Origin: Bacillota bacterium
GTDB taxonomy: Bacteria; Bacillota; Sulfobacillia; Sulfobacillales; Sulfobacillaceae
Direction: 5' to 3'
DNA length: 64,000 bases
Assembly: GCA_021792935.1 (NCBI GenBank)
Contig: JAJYTS010000001.1
Location: 72-64,071 of the forward strand
Shown piece after piece: positions 1 through 9,999 of this stretch (positions are counted from its first letter, which is position 1; each line of letters starts with the position of its first letter). Both the position numbers and the translations under genes were made by a program. The notes under the pieces are model-generated. The model worked only from the letters and a program-made list of their open reading frames with translations, had not been told where the DNA came from and did not search any database.

Positions 1-1
1 C

Positions 2-94
2 AAGGCGTTACAAGCCTTAGGATTCTTCGGGTCGACCCGCCTGATGGATCCCGCGGCTTTCGCCGATTACCTAGACAGCACCGGAGCCGAGTAA
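2..94 (+). CDS. 3' end of a gene entering from the left edge (unidentified)
   Basis: Frame 2 reads KALQALGFFGSTRLMDPAAFADYLDSTGAE* to TAA at 92-94; too short to identify. Confidence 0.35.
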   Translation, partial: KALQALGFFGSTRLMDPAAFADYLDSTGAE

Positions 95-1140
95 CGGGAG
101 CGCTGATGCATATTGGCCCCAGAATCCGATGATTAGCGTCATGAATGGTTGTGGCGAGGCAGGTCCATGCGGTACCATCCGAGATAACGGTCGAAGGGGA
201 GACCAGACGAGGTCGTTGCCGCGCGATCGCGCTAAAATGTATCGGAACGCCGAGGGAAAGTAATGGTGAACGGCCACGCACAGCGGATCCTAGACCGCAT
301 ACTTATCAGTTGCCAAACGTACCTCCAGCGGCAATCAACAAGTGATGCCTTACCCGGCATGGACCGCCCGTGCAGAAATCTATGACAGTTGGGGATGCCC
401 CAGTTTGTGCGGGAGTGGAGTATCTGCGTTTCGATTCATACATCTTTTGATAGCGATTTTCTTCCTGTCTGGCCCACTATACGTTTTCTACCGTGGCGAC
501 CGTTATGGGGATTTCCTCAAACGCCCTGGTAATCATTCGGTGGCAGGTTGGCGGTTCATCTTCAATCCGTGGTTATTCCAGCCGATTATGCACGGCCTTG
601 CTCAAAAGTGGGCCGTGGACTTTTCAAGAATCTGGAACCTCGAATTCGGGGCTTCTTGCTATGGCCGACGTTCCGCTTCCGCAACCTCTTGCGGGAGTCC
701 GATAACTCAAAGCCTGGGCGCTCTCTTTCCCTCAAAACCCGGCGTGCAGATTTCCCGCCCGGGCTCCCGCTCATCCTCCGTTTTGATCGGGCTACCCCAG
801 AACTTAGGCAGATCGCGACTGATTTAGCAGTGAGTCTATAGAGATTAACTCCATTCGGGTACGATGCGTCGGCATGTACGCGTCTGAGAATTTCACTTAA
901 TGGCCGTTTGCTATCTGGGACGGCACATCGGGCCTTTGGGGGTCTCGGTGTGCCGATACCCCCATGTTTCAGACCGCAATGTTAATGCGTGAAATGCAAG
1001 ATATCAAAGCTTGAAACAGGATTCGAGGGCGCTGACCCTGGCTAGAGAAACCCGGACATGGACATTTTACCATCGTGACGGATCCCTGCGATGGCCATTT
1101 CCGCATCATTCAGTTTGCGCGCCACTTGGTCAAACGATCT

Positions 1141-3255
1141 TCAATGCAATACGTGGCCGGGAAGCGCCTCCGCCAAGGCCTCCATCACCCAGCCCCGCAA
1201 TCCCTGGTTTTCCTCTAAGGCCAAGTGAGGGTCGTGCTCCAAAATATGGCGCGCGGTATCGCGCGCTTGCCCTAACAGCACCAAATCATGAAGAGGGTCG
1301 GCAAGTTGGAAGCCTGCCACACCATGCTGGCGCATGCCTAAGACTTCGCCAGGACCCCGAATTTCCAAATCCCGCTCGGACAGCGCCAAACCATCTTGGG
1401 TTTCGACCATGGCCTTTAAGCGGGCTTCTCCTTCCGCCGTTGCCGGATCGGCCAAAAGGTAGCAAACAGAGGAACTTGAACCCCGCCCTACCCGCCCTCG
1501 CAACTGATGAAGCTGCGCCAGACCAAACCGATCCGCGCCCTCAATGACAATGATCGTCGCGTTGGGAACATCCACCCCTACCTCCAAAATGGTGGTGCCC
1601 ACCAATACGTCAATATGGCGGTTTCGAAACTGCTCCATCACGGAGGACTTTTCTTGAGGAGACATCCGCCCATGCACGAGCCCCACCCGCCAGCCGGGAA
1701 TCTTCGCCATTCCTTCCGCCAGCATGGTCGCGGCCTTTCCCTGGCTCTCCTCGCTCTCCTCCACCATGGGACAAATGACGTACGCCTGATGCCCCGCCTT
1801 CACCGCTTCCCGCACTTTCATGTACGCGTCACGGCGATCTTTCATGGGTAGATGCCAGGTGGCAATAGGTTGTCTTCCTGGCGGCAACCCTCGTATTTGC
1901 GAGACTTGCAAATCGCCGTACACGGTGAGCGCCAGAGTGCGGGGAATGGGCGTGGCCGTCATCACCAGCATATGCGGGTATAAGCCTTTTTCTCCCAACA
2001 GAGCTCTCTGCCGCACTCCAAAACGATGCTGCTCATCCACCACTACCAAGCCCAAACGCGCGAACACCAGCCGATCGGAAACCAAGGCTTGTGTTCCCAC
2101 CGCCACCAACGGCTCAAGATTCTGAAGGCGATCCGCTACCTGCGATGACTTAGAACGACCACTCACTAAAACCAACTCGATCCCAAGTGGGCGCAAATAG
2201 CTCTCCAGCAGCAAATAGTGTTGTTCCGCCAAAAGCTCGGTAGGCGCCATTAAAGCGGCTTGGTAGCCACTTCCCACCGCGGCCAGCAGCGATAAAGCGG
2301 CCAAGATGGTTTTCCCGGAGCCAACATCCCCTTGCAAAAGACGCGCCATGGGCCGGGGCTGTTGCAAATCCCCTCGAATTTCCTTCCATGCGGTTTTTTG
2401 ACCAGCGGTCAAGCTAAAGGGCAAGTCGCGCAAAAAGCGCCGAATCAAAAGGTTTTCTCCGTCTAGAACCGGACCACGAAAACTAGGCTCGGTGCGGTGC
2501 AGCCAGAAAACCGCTAACGACATGCGCAAAAATTCATCAAATACTAAGCGCCGGCGTGAAGATTCCCGCTCATCCCACGACAGGGGCCAATGTTGGTGGG
2601 CAATAGCCCAAGAACGATCCGGCAGGTCGTGATGCTGACGGATGGATAAGGGCAAGGGATCGCCCATTTGTGGAGCCCACCGCGGCACCACCCGCGACTG
2701 CAAATCCTGAACAAAACGCTGTTTAAGATCACCCGCCAAGGGATACACCGGGATCAAACCCAAGCGCGGTTCATGACCACTTTCCAATACCTCGAATTCC
2801 GGATGAGTCATGGTCAGTCGTCCACGAAAGCTATCTACTTTGCCCGATAAAATTACTTCGCGCCCCACAACGAGTTGACTCTTTAGCCAGGAGGCATGAA
2901 AAAATGTGGCATCCAAATAACCGGTTTGATCGGCAATGCGGATTTTAAACTGTCCCTGCCTCCCAAATCCCCGATCCTGAGCGCTTTCAACCCGTCCGCG
3001 CACCGTGACCGTTTCTCCTGCTCGCAGTTGCCAAATAGGGGTGAGGACGCTGCGATCAAGGTGTCGCCGAGGCCACAACGTCACTAAATCCTCGATGGTG
3101 TCCACGCCTAACTTGGTTAAGTCGTGGGCACGCTTGGGACCCACTCCCGGGAGCCGGCCAACGGAGTCCAAAAGGCCTAGGGCTGCCAGACCATCTCCAT
3201 CCAGGGGTCTTGCCTTGGAACCTGTACCAGTTCGGCGTTGAACGCGTCCTGCCAA
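1141..3255 (-). CDS. recG: ATP-dependent DNA helicase RecG
   Basis: Wedge/OB domain, LLQGDVGSGKT Walker A, DEQHRFG, MTATPIPRT, QLHQLRGRVGRG; follows the DAK2 gene as in Firmicutes. True start probably somewhat downstream of 3255. Confidence 0.97.
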   Translation of the reverse strand: MAGRVQRRTGTGSKARPLDGDGLAALGLLDSVGRLPGVGPKRAHDLTKLGVDTIEDLVTLWPRRHLDRSVLTPIWQLRAGETVTVRGRVESAQDRGFGRQGQFKIRIADQTGYLDATFFHASWLKSQLVVGREVILSGKVDSFRGRLTMTHPEFEVLESGHEPRLGLIPVYPLAGDLKQRFVQDLQSRVVPRWAPQMGDPLPLSIRQHHDLPDRSWAIAHQHWPLSWDERESSRRRLVFDEFLRMSLAVFWLHRTEPSFRGPVLDGENLLIRRFLRDLPFSLTAGQKTAWKEIRGDLQQPRPMARLLQGDVGSGKTILAALSLLAAVGSGYQAALMAPTELLAEQHYLLLESYLRPLGIELVLVSGRSKSSQVADRLQNLEPLVAVGTQALVSDRLVFARLGLVVVDEQHRFGVRQRALLGEKGLYPHMLVMTATPIPRTLALTVYGDLQVSQIRGLPPGRQPIATWHLPMKDRRDAYMKVREAVKAGHQAYVICPMVEESEESQGKAATMLAEGMAKIPGWRVGLVHGRMSPQEKSSVMEQFRNRHIDVLVGTTILEVGVDVPNATIIVIEGADRFGLAQLHQLRGRVGRGSSSSVCYLLADPATAEGEARLKAMVETQDGLALSERDLEIRGPGEVLGMRQHGVAGFQLADPLHDLVLLGQARDTARHILEHDPHLALEENQGLRGWVMEALAEALPGHVLH

Positions 3256-4601
3256 AAGACCGCCTCCTCCCGGCGCGCGGACTGACTCAAATATACGGTC
3301 ACGACTCCGAAATCTTCCATCTCACTGGATAAGGATTCTTTTACGGCATCCCGTGTGCGGTAAATCTGGCCGTCCAAGACGAAAGTATCGTCCTGCCTCC
3401 CAATTTTCCAATTTCTCATGGTGAGCAAGTGGCGCATTAAGCGCTCGCGATTAACCTCCCAGGAGTCGCCGACGACATATTCCAAAGCTGCCTGCCCTGC
3501 CAGGCCCAAAGAATTGGTGCCGACCGCCTGCATCAGGGTCCCGACCGGATTAACCCACAGGGTGTCCGGTTGGTCGGAGGCCTCACTCGGATCAATCACC
3601 ACATGCGTAGACTCGAACAAAGGACGAAAATCCCGGTGAACAACAATCCTCAGCCCCGCCTGAAGATGCCGCTGGGCCACCTGGTGGCGCATATCCAGCC
3701 ATTCCATCTCCCGCACGTCACCCACTTCTGTCAAGAGCCGCATCAGTTCGACCGGCTTATCCGTATGCACGTGGACTTTTACCGTTTCAAGGCCCGGGGC
3801 CACCACAATCGAGTCGCCCAACGCCGGCAGGCGCTCACCTAAGACCGAGGCGGGATTGTCGCAACGAAACCGATAGAGCAGGGCTTCCACATCATAATAA
3901 TTGGCGATGACCTTGCTAAAGGCGAAACTAGGGACTGGGGCGGCCGGAGAAAGTGACGGCAAGGACCGCTCAGGCTGCCTGCCTTGAGCAGCGTTTAGCC
4001 AGCCCCGTAGAATCGCCAGATAGCCTAGCCCTCCGGAGTCCAACATTTGCGTATGGCGCAGCGCCGGCAATTGATTTGTGGTGTCGCGCAGGGCGGCTTC
4101 TCCGCCTTCGACGGCACTCCGCAGACAAGCCGCCAGGTCTCCATCATCCAGCGCGCCCAATCCCACCGCATCCGCCACGGTAAGAATCGTGCCCTCAACC
4201 GGGTTGGCCACTTGCCGCCGGGCCCGCTGAGCCGCCTGGCACAAAGCCTGTTTCAACGCTTGTGAATTCATTACGGTTGCGTCTCGGCATGACTCAGCGA
4301 TTCCAGCCAAAATTTGCGATAAAATAACACCAGAATTTCCCCGGGCCGCCATGAGCGCACCATCCGCCGCGCGGGCGCTCACCGCGTCCAAGCCATCCCC
4401 GGGGGCGGAGCGCATCGCTAAAACGGCCCCTTCCAAAGTCGCTACCATGTTTCGGCCAGTGTCGCCATCAGCAACCGGAAATACGTTCCACCGGTCCAGC
4501 ACCTCTTGTTGTCGGCGCAACTCCTCCAGACCAGCTTCCATCCATTCCATAAACGTGACCCCAACCAGCCGCCATAAGGGCGGCGCACTTTGACTATTCA
4601 C
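3177..4601 (-). CDS. DAK2 domain protein (YloV/FakA family fatty acid kinase catalytic subunit)
   Basis: NVFPVADGDTGRNM, ARGNSGVILSQ, PVEGTILTV, DSGGLG, KVHVHT; GTG start inferred at 4601, overlapping the yloU end. Confidence 0.9.
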   Translation of the reverse strand: MNSQSAPPLWRLVGVTFMEWMEAGLEELRRQQEVLDRWNVFPVADGDTGRNMVATLEGAVLAMRSAPGDGLDAVSARAADGALMAARGNSGVILSQILAGIAESCRDATVMNSQALKQALCQAAQRARRQVANPVEGTILTVADAVGLGALDDGDLAACLRSAVEGGEAALRDTTNQLPALRHTQMLDSGGLGYLAILRGWLNAAQGRQPERSLPSLSPAAPVPSFAFSKVIANYYDVEALLYRFRCDNPASVLGERLPALGDSIVVAPGLETVKVHVHTDKPVELMRLLTEVGDVREMEWLDMRHQVAQRHLQAGLRIVVHRDFRPLFESTHVVIDPSEASDQPDTLWVNPVGTLMQAVGTNSLGLAGQAALEYVVGDSWEVNRERLMRHLLTMRNWKIGRQDDTFVLDGQIYRTRDAVKESLSSEMEDFGVVTVYLSQSARREEAVFWQDAFNAELVQVPRQDPWMEMVWQP

Positions 4602-4947
4602 CCGTTCGAATCCCATCCACATGAATCGTAACTTTGTCCGGATACAGGCCCACTGCTTCTCGCAAAGCCTCATTCACGGCTTGGCCCACACCTCGGCCTA
4701 CGCTGGCCAGCCGTGTTCCAAAGGCCATAATGAGGCGGATTTCCACCGTGTAATGGCCATCCCCGAGCTGGACGACCCGAATTCCGCGACTTAGGGCGTC
4801 ATGGTGCACAAGACTATTTAAATTATTTCCCAGTCCCCGCGGGCTCGTTTGCACCACTCCGGAAACCGACAAGGCCGCACGCGCGGCAATGGCCGCCAAT
4901 ACGTCATCATGCACCACGGTTTGTCCCCATTCAGTCTGCTTTTCCAT
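4594..4947 (-). CDS. Asp23/Gls24 family envelope stress response protein (YloU-like)
   Basis: MEKQTEWGQTVVHDDVLAAIAARAA...VTIHVDGIR; GGAGGAG RBS; lies between rpmB and DAK2. Confidence 0.9.
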   Translation of the reverse strand: MEKQTEWGQTVVHDDVLAAIAARAALSVSGVVQTSPRGLGNNLNSLVHHDALSRGIRVVQLGDGHYTVEIRLIMAFGTRLASVGRGVGQAVNEALREAVGLYPDKVTIHVDGIRTGE

Positions 4948-5035
4948 TGCCCTACAACTCCTCCGAGCTTGCGTCTCAGTGCCTTCCATGTTACCATAGG
5001 CGGGAATGTCACGGCACCGAAGGAGGCTCCCCACG

Positions 5036-5227
5036 ATGGCATATCGTTGTGAAATTTGTGACAAGCATACCGCTCACGGGAATAATGTTAGCCACTCGCA
5101 TAAGAAAACTAAGCGAGTGTGGCGCCCTAACATTCAACACGTCCGCGCTAAGGTTAATGGACGCACTCGGCGAATTTACGTATGCACGCGCTGTCTTAGG
5201 TCAGGTCGGGTGGAACGGGCGGTTTAA
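5036..5227 (+). CDS. rpmB: 50S ribosomal protein L28
   Basis: MAYRCEICDK...GNNVSHSHKKTKRVWRPNIQ...VCTRCLRSG; AAGGAGG RBS before ATG 5036; Zn-binding CxxC form. Confidence 0.98.
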   Translation: MAYRCEICDKHTAHGNNVSHSHKKTKRVWRPNIQHVRAKVNGRTRRIYVCTRCLRSGRVERAV

Positions 5228-6108
5228 CGGGCATCACCCGTCCGCATCTGATCCAACTCATTGGCGGTAAAGCGGTAGGCACTGCAACAATATTGGCATG
5301 TGACCTCCGCGCCGCCATCCGCGATTAAATCATCCAAATCCTGTGACGGTAGTGTTGACAAAGCACGGACAATGCTGGAACGGTTGCAACCGCAATCCCA
5401 TCGCAATGGCTCAGGGCTGTACCACTTAATCGCTTCGGGTAAAACATCCGCCAATAAAGCTTGCAACGCGTCGCCGTCTGCCAGTCGGCGGCTTATTTGA
5501 TTGAGGCGCGAAAAGCGATCGGCTGTCTCATCCGCCAACGCCGGGGGACATCCAGGCAAGGCTTGCACCAAAACCCCTCCCGAGCCGATTACCTCTCCCT
5601 TTGTCCCTACCAGCACTCCCACCGATACCGCGCTTGGCACCTGCTCGGACTGAATCAAATAATGCAGCACATCTTCCCCAATCTCTCCAGTTTTCAACGA
5701 GACTTGGCTTTGATACCAGTCACCATCCATGGTTTGCCGCAAAATAGTCAGGAAACCCCCATCGCCCACAGCTTGTCCCACCGCCAATTTCCCGTCGGAA
5801 CGGAGCGGGAGATCCACCTCTGGATGCTGCACGCGGGCCCGCAACAACCCTCCGGCGCGAATTTCCGCGACGACCCGTCCCAAAGGGCCGCCCCCCTGCG
5901 CCTCAACGGAAAGACGGGATTGCCCCTCTTTTAAATCGACGCCCAAAATAGCGGCACTACTAATCAGGCGGCCCATGGCGGCGGCAGCCACTGGCTGGGC
6001 CTGATGCGCACGCCGCGCGCTTTCGGCGGACTGGGTGGTCAACACCGCCACGCCGCGCAACAGGCCGCCAGCCGCCGTCGCCCGAATCCTGTAGTCAGAC
6101 GGCATCAC
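5224..6108 (-). CDS. hslO: Hsp33 redox-regulated chaperone
   Basis: GKLAVGQAVG, GEIGED, YLIQSEQVPS, C-terminal CGC...CQYC zinc motif. Confidence 0.95.
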   Translation of the reverse strand: MMPSDYRIRATAAGGLLRGVAVLTTQSAESARRAHQAQPVAAAAMGRLISSAAILGVDLKEGQSRLSVEAQGGGPLGRVVAEIRAGGLLRARVQHPEVDLPLRSDGKLAVGQAVGDGGFLTILRQTMDGDWYQSQVSLKTGEIGEDVLHYLIQSEQVPSAVSVGVLVGTKGEVIGSGGVLVQALPGCPPALADETADRFSRLNQISRRLADGDALQALLADVLPEAIKWYSPEPLRWDCGCNRSSIVRALSTLPSQDLDDLIADGGAEVTCQYCCSAYRFTANELDQMRTGDAR

Positions 6109-6194
6109 TTGGCTGGCTTAGTCGCCCAAAATCGCAATACCACCTGTAAAATCTTGCCCACCACCCGCGGCACCTTTACCACCTGCACTTGCAT
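6105..6194 (-). CDS. spoVM: Stage V sporulation protein M (29 aa; absent from the ORF track)
   Basis: MQVQVVKVPRVVGKILQVVLRFWATKPAK*; Lys7 and Pro9 plus amphipathic helix as in B. subtilis SpoVM (MKFYTIKLPKFLGGIVRAM...); AAAGGA RBS; canonical position between rpe and rpmB. Confidence 0.8.
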   Translation of the reverse strand: MQVQVVKVPRVVGKILQVVLRFWATKPAK

Positions 6195-6215
6195 TGCCAC
6201 TCATCCTTTCCGCTC

Positions 6216-6434
6216 CTACTGCGCCAACAAGCGCCAACCCACCCAAATGAGTCCGGCACCTACCACAATGGGGCCCAGACCAGCCCACAATAGCCATAAG
6301 CCAATGCCAAAGGGCCAAATCCACATCGGCAGCACTTTAATAATGAGCAAGGCGCCCAGTCCACCCAAGGCCAAGCCCCAAACCCGTCGGTGTCCCGAAT
6401 GGCGAAAATACCAATCATATCGGTGCGAACGCAT
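6216..6434 (-). CDS. Small membrane protein, hypothetical
   Basis: Strong GGAGGAGGTG RBS; hydrophobic Trp/Gly-rich 72 aa. Confidence 0.7.
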   Translation of the reverse strand: MRSHRYDWYFRHSGHRRVWGLALGGLGALLIIKVLPMWIWPFGIGLWLLWAGLGPIVVGAGLIWVGWRLLAQ

Positions 6435-6505
6435 TTCCCCACCTCCTCCGGCCACTCTTTCGCAATGGCAATCATCATGCTACGAAAGAGATGCCTTGAA
6501 GGTGC

Positions 6506-7147
6506 CTAGAGTCCGCGAAGATTTTGAATGCGCTTCACCGGATCATCCGCGCCGAATACGTAAGAACCCGCCACCAAAATATCTGCTCCCGCTTTTCGCG
6601 CCGATTCCCCCGTCTCTTGATTGATCCCGCCGTCCACTTCAATTAGGGGGCGTTGGCGCTGACCACGCATATCCACCAATCGCACAATTTTATCCAAAGC
6701 ACGGGGCCAAAAGGTCTGCCCTCCAAATCCCGGATTGACGCTCATGACCAACACATAATCCAGTTCTCCCAAAATATCGACAAGCTGTTCGACCGGGGTG
6801 GCGGGATTGACAGCCGCTCCCGCCAAAGCGCCCAACTGATGGATTTGGTCAATGGTTCGCTGCACATGCGGACACGCTTCGACGTGAATGGAAATCATAT
6901 CCGCACCGGCTTGGCGAAAATCGGACAGATATCGATCAGGCTCCACAATCATCATATGCACATCAAGAGGCAAATCAGTCGCCTTTCGGACAGCTTCGAC
7001 AATAACCGGACCCATGGTAATATTCGGCACAAAGCGCCCGTCCATCACATCCAGGTGAAGCAAATCCGCGGCAGTCTCCACTCTGACGATTTCATCGGCC
7101 AAATGCGCGAAATCACAAGACAGTAGCGACGGCGCAATCCGTACCAT
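6506..7147 (-). CDS. rpe: Ribulose-phosphate 3-epimerase
   Basis: IAPSLLSCDF, HLDVMDGRFVPN, LDVHMMI, MSVNPGFGGQ, IEVDGGI. Confidence 0.98.
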   Translation of the reverse strand: MVRIAPSLLSCDFAHLADEIVRVETAADLLHLDVMDGRFVPNITMGPVIVEAVRKATDLPLDVHMMIVEPDRYLSDFRQAGADMISIHVEACPHVQRTIDQIHQLGALAGAAVNPATPVEQLVDILGELDYVLVMSVNPGFGGQTFWPRALDKIVRLVDMRGQRQRPLIEVDGGINQETGESARKAGADILVAGSYVFGADDPVKRIQNLRGL

Positions 7148-7168
7148 AACAGGCTCCCCCAAACCACA

Positions 7169-8029
7169 TCAATATATTTTCACCCATTGCGACAAAAGTT
7201 TGCGATAGTGGCGATGACGCCAGGGAGCGATTTCTCCCCGGGCAACGGCGAGGGTCACCTCGCACCCTGGCTCTTGCCCATGCAAACAATCACCAAACCG
7301 ACAGTCAAAAGTCTGAAACTCTGGAAACGCGGATAGAATGACACGGCCTTCCGCCACCGTCGCCTCCAAGGCAGTATATCCCGGACTATCCGCCATCCAA
7401 TACCCATTTATTGGATATAACCGCACCCAGCGAGTTGTTTGCCGTCCTCGGCCCGACCGCCCCAGTTGCTGAGTTTGGGTCTCTTGCCGGGGAAGCATGG
7501 CATTTAACAAGGTAGACTTTCCCACCCCACTTTCCCCGGTTAATACCCAGATGCCTTGGCGACTTTGAGCGGTCAAGAACTCCACTCCCCGGCCCACCGT
7601 TGCCACCGTTCGCCATACCGGATATCCGGCAGCGCGATAGGCATTTTCAATCCGATCTAATTCGCTGGATTCAGCCGACAAATCTACTTTCGATAAAATG
7701 ACTTCCGCCTGCATTCCCCCCAACTTGGCGGCAACTAGCCTCTTATCCAATAATTCCAGACTGCCGCGGGGGTGGTCCAAGCTGAAAACCACAAATAATC
7801 CCGTCACATTAGAGACTGGCGGGCGCACCAACTGGTTTGTACGCGGCAATATCCGCTCAATCCGCCCCTCACCGGGATCAGTCCGCTCAAACTCCACCAT
7901 GTCGCCCACGAGAACGCGGCCAACGTCCCGCTTAACCCGGCCTTTGATATAGCACAAATAAGAATCCCCGCCGACACCCTCAACCGTGGGCCGATTAGCC
8001 TCAAGCAGGGTCACCAACCCCTCCATCAA
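7169..8029 (-). CDS. rsgA: Ribosome small subunit-dependent GTPase A
   Basis: OB fold, SKVD, GESGVGKSTL, GRQTT, DSPG, CRFGDCLH..EPGC zinc finger. Confidence 0.95.
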   Translation of the reverse strand: MMEGLVTLLEANRPTVEGVGGDSYLCYIKGRVKRDVGRVLVGDMVEFERTDPGEGRIERILPRTNQLVRPPVSNVTGLFVVFSLDHPRGSLELLDKRLVAAKLGGMQAEVILSKVDLSAESSELDRIENAYRAAGYPVWRTVATVGRGVEFLTAQSRQGIWVLTGESGVGKSTLLNAMLPRQETQTQQLGRSGRGRQTTRWVRLYPINGYWMADSPGYTALEATVAEGRVILSAFPEFQTFDCRFGDCLHGQEPGCEVTLAVARGEIAPWRHRHYRKLLSQWVKIY

Positions 8030-9999
8030 GGGGTGCCCCCCCCTAATGGCGAGCTGGATCCAGAGGGAGGAGACGAAGGCGAAATGGACGAACTGGATAC
8101 GCTCGGTGATAAGCTTCCCGCGGGGAACAACTTCTTATGTTGGTAGACTTGCCCATTCAAGAATATAAACATATTAGCCTGGGTACCATACCAAACGACG
8201 TGATATTCGATGGGCTGGTTAGGATTGACCTGTTGGTAATCCACCTCTTCATTTCGCGCCTCGTCGCTGACCACAATTTTTAACAGTGACTGAGGAGGCA
8301 CATTAGACGGAATAACCCAAGTGACCGTGGATTTCTCCATCGGATACGTATTGGATTGCGGCGCCGTACCACTCGAGACCGTAAGGCTAACTCCGGACAC
8401 GCCCTCCAGGGGGGAATAAGGAGAAGGGCTTTGATCGATAATGGTATTGGAAGGCTGCGTCGACCATTGCTGGCTGGGTGTGCCTAACGTGACATTGGTT
8501 CCCGCCAACCGACTTTCCGCTTGAACCAAGGTCAATCCCATCAAATTTGGCATCAGACTCTGGGATTGATTAGCCCCATTGGAGACCCATAACGTCACTG
8601 TGCTGCCTTGACCCACGGACGCATGCGCTTTAGGATACTGGCGAACGACCTCACCTTGGGGATATCCCGAGGCGACGCGGCGCACCTTGGCACGCAAGCC
8701 CACTATTTGCAACGACTGCTTCGCAAGCGACACCGGCTCCAAAGCCAATTCCGGCACCTTGATGGGGGCTGGTCCGGAAGAAAATACCAGCACCACTGAC
8801 TGACCCGCCTTAACCTGAGAGCCAGGGGCGGGGGTCTCCTTTAACACGCGGCCATTGGGCACCTGAGTGGACGACGCGTGCCCCCCTAGCGTGACTCCTA
8901 ATCTCCTTTGCGCCAACGCCAGGCGGGCACGGCTTAACGACTGTCCCCGCAGGTTGGGCACCGTTTCCAAAGGGGTATTAATCCAACGATTAAAGACCAG
9001 TACCACGGAACCTGCCAAAATCACCAGAGCGGCCCCGAACACCAGGTACCAATACCACTTGAGCCTCTTTTTGCGGACGCCGGCAGCCGATTTGTTTCCC
9101 CGATTGGCCCGCCGCGTTTTCGAGCCTGAGGATTCCTCGGGAGGGGCAACGAGGGGTGCCGCCTCTGGCAGCGATGGCTCGGGATGCAATACGCGGGCGA
9201 TATCTTGACGAAAGGCATGGGCCGACTGATATCGTTCGGCGGGATCCTTGCTTAACGCCCGTTCAACAACGTCAGCCACCGCCACGGATACTTGAGGCCG
9301 GAGCACGTCGATGCGAGGAGGCTCATCCTGCAAATGTTTAATCGCCACGCCTATGGCGCTGTCGCTCTCAAAAGGCCGCTGTCCGCTAAGCATTTCAAAC
9401 AATACCACGCCCAATGAATATAAATCTGACTGTGGGCCAATCAACTTGCCGCGAGCCTGTTCAGGGCTTAAATATTGAACGGTCCCGAGCAATGAACCCG
9501 TGTTAACCAGAGTTCCGGTTGTTGTCGCGTAGGCGATGCCAAAATCCGTAACCTTTACCTCGCCTTGTGGTGTTATTAAAATATTTTGCGGCTTAATATC
9601 GCGGTGCACCAATTTTCGGGCATGCGCCACCTCCAGCGCCTCTGCCACCTGATCGGCAATATCCATGGCTTCCGCGACGGAAAGCGGGGCGTCGCGATCC
9701 AACTTCGCCCGCAATGTCTCGCCCGCCACCAATTCCATCACCATAAAATAGATGTCGGGTTCTTCGCGCCCCACATCGTAAACTTGAACAACGTGTCGAT
9801 CGACTAGTGAGGCGGCTGCCCGCGCCTCCTGCTCGAAGCGGCGCACCACCTCGTCATCTTCCGCCCATTGATGCTTCAAAATTTTTACCGCGACCAGTCG
9901 ATTTAAGGTAATATCGCGGGCACGATATACCAACGACATGCCCCCAGTACCGATGCGCTCCAATACTTCATAGCGATTACCGAGAATATTACCCACCAT
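8026..9999 (-). CDS. prkC: PASTA-domain Ser/Thr protein kinase
   Basis: IGTGGMS, VAVKIL, HRDIKPQN, DFGIA, YLSPEQ; TM helix; three PASTA repeats. Confidence 0.96.
   Translation of the reverse strand: MVGNILGNRYEVLERIGTGGMSLVYRARDITLNRLVAVKILKHQWAEDDEVVRRFEQEARAAASLVDRHVVQVYDVGREEPDIYFMVMELVAGETLRAKLDRDAPLSVAEAMDIADQVAEALEVAHARKLVHRDIKPQNILITPQGEVKVTDFGIAYATTTGTLVNTGSLLGTVQYLSPEQARGKLIGPQSDLYSLGVVLFEMLSGQRPFESDSAIGVAIKHLQDEPPRIDVLRPQVSVAVADVVERALSKDPAERYQSAHAFRQDIARVLHPEPSLPEAAPLVAPPEESSGSKTRRANRGNKSAAGVRKKRLKWYWYLVFGAALVILAGSVVLVFNRWINTPLETVPNLRGQSLSRARLALAQRRLGVTLGGHASSTQVPNGRVLKETPAPGSQVKAGQSVVLVFSSGPAPIKVPELALEPVSLAKQSLQIVGLRAKVRRVASGYPQGEVVRQYPKAHASVGQGSTVTLWVSNGANQSQSLMPNLMGLTLVQAESRLAGTNVTLGTPSQQWSTQPSNTIIDQSPSPYSPLEGVSGVSLTVSSGTAPQSNTYPMEKSTVTWVIPSNVPPQSLLKIVVSDEARNEEVDYQQVNPNQPIEYHVVWYGTQANMFIFLNGQVYQHKKLFPAGSLSPSVSSSSISPSSPPSGSSSPLGGGTP

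Noticed and set aside
342-827. 161-aa plus-strand ORF
   Set aside because: No clear RBS or recognisable motif and atypical composition; not supportable as a gene.
1011-1547. 178-aa plus-strand ORF
   Set aside because: Mostly antisense to recG; Pro/Arg-rich shadow composition.
6004-6624. 206-aa plus-strand ORF and the 68-aa minus ORF at 6118-6324
   Set aside because: They overlap hslO, spoVM, the membrane gene or rpe, which explain the region better.
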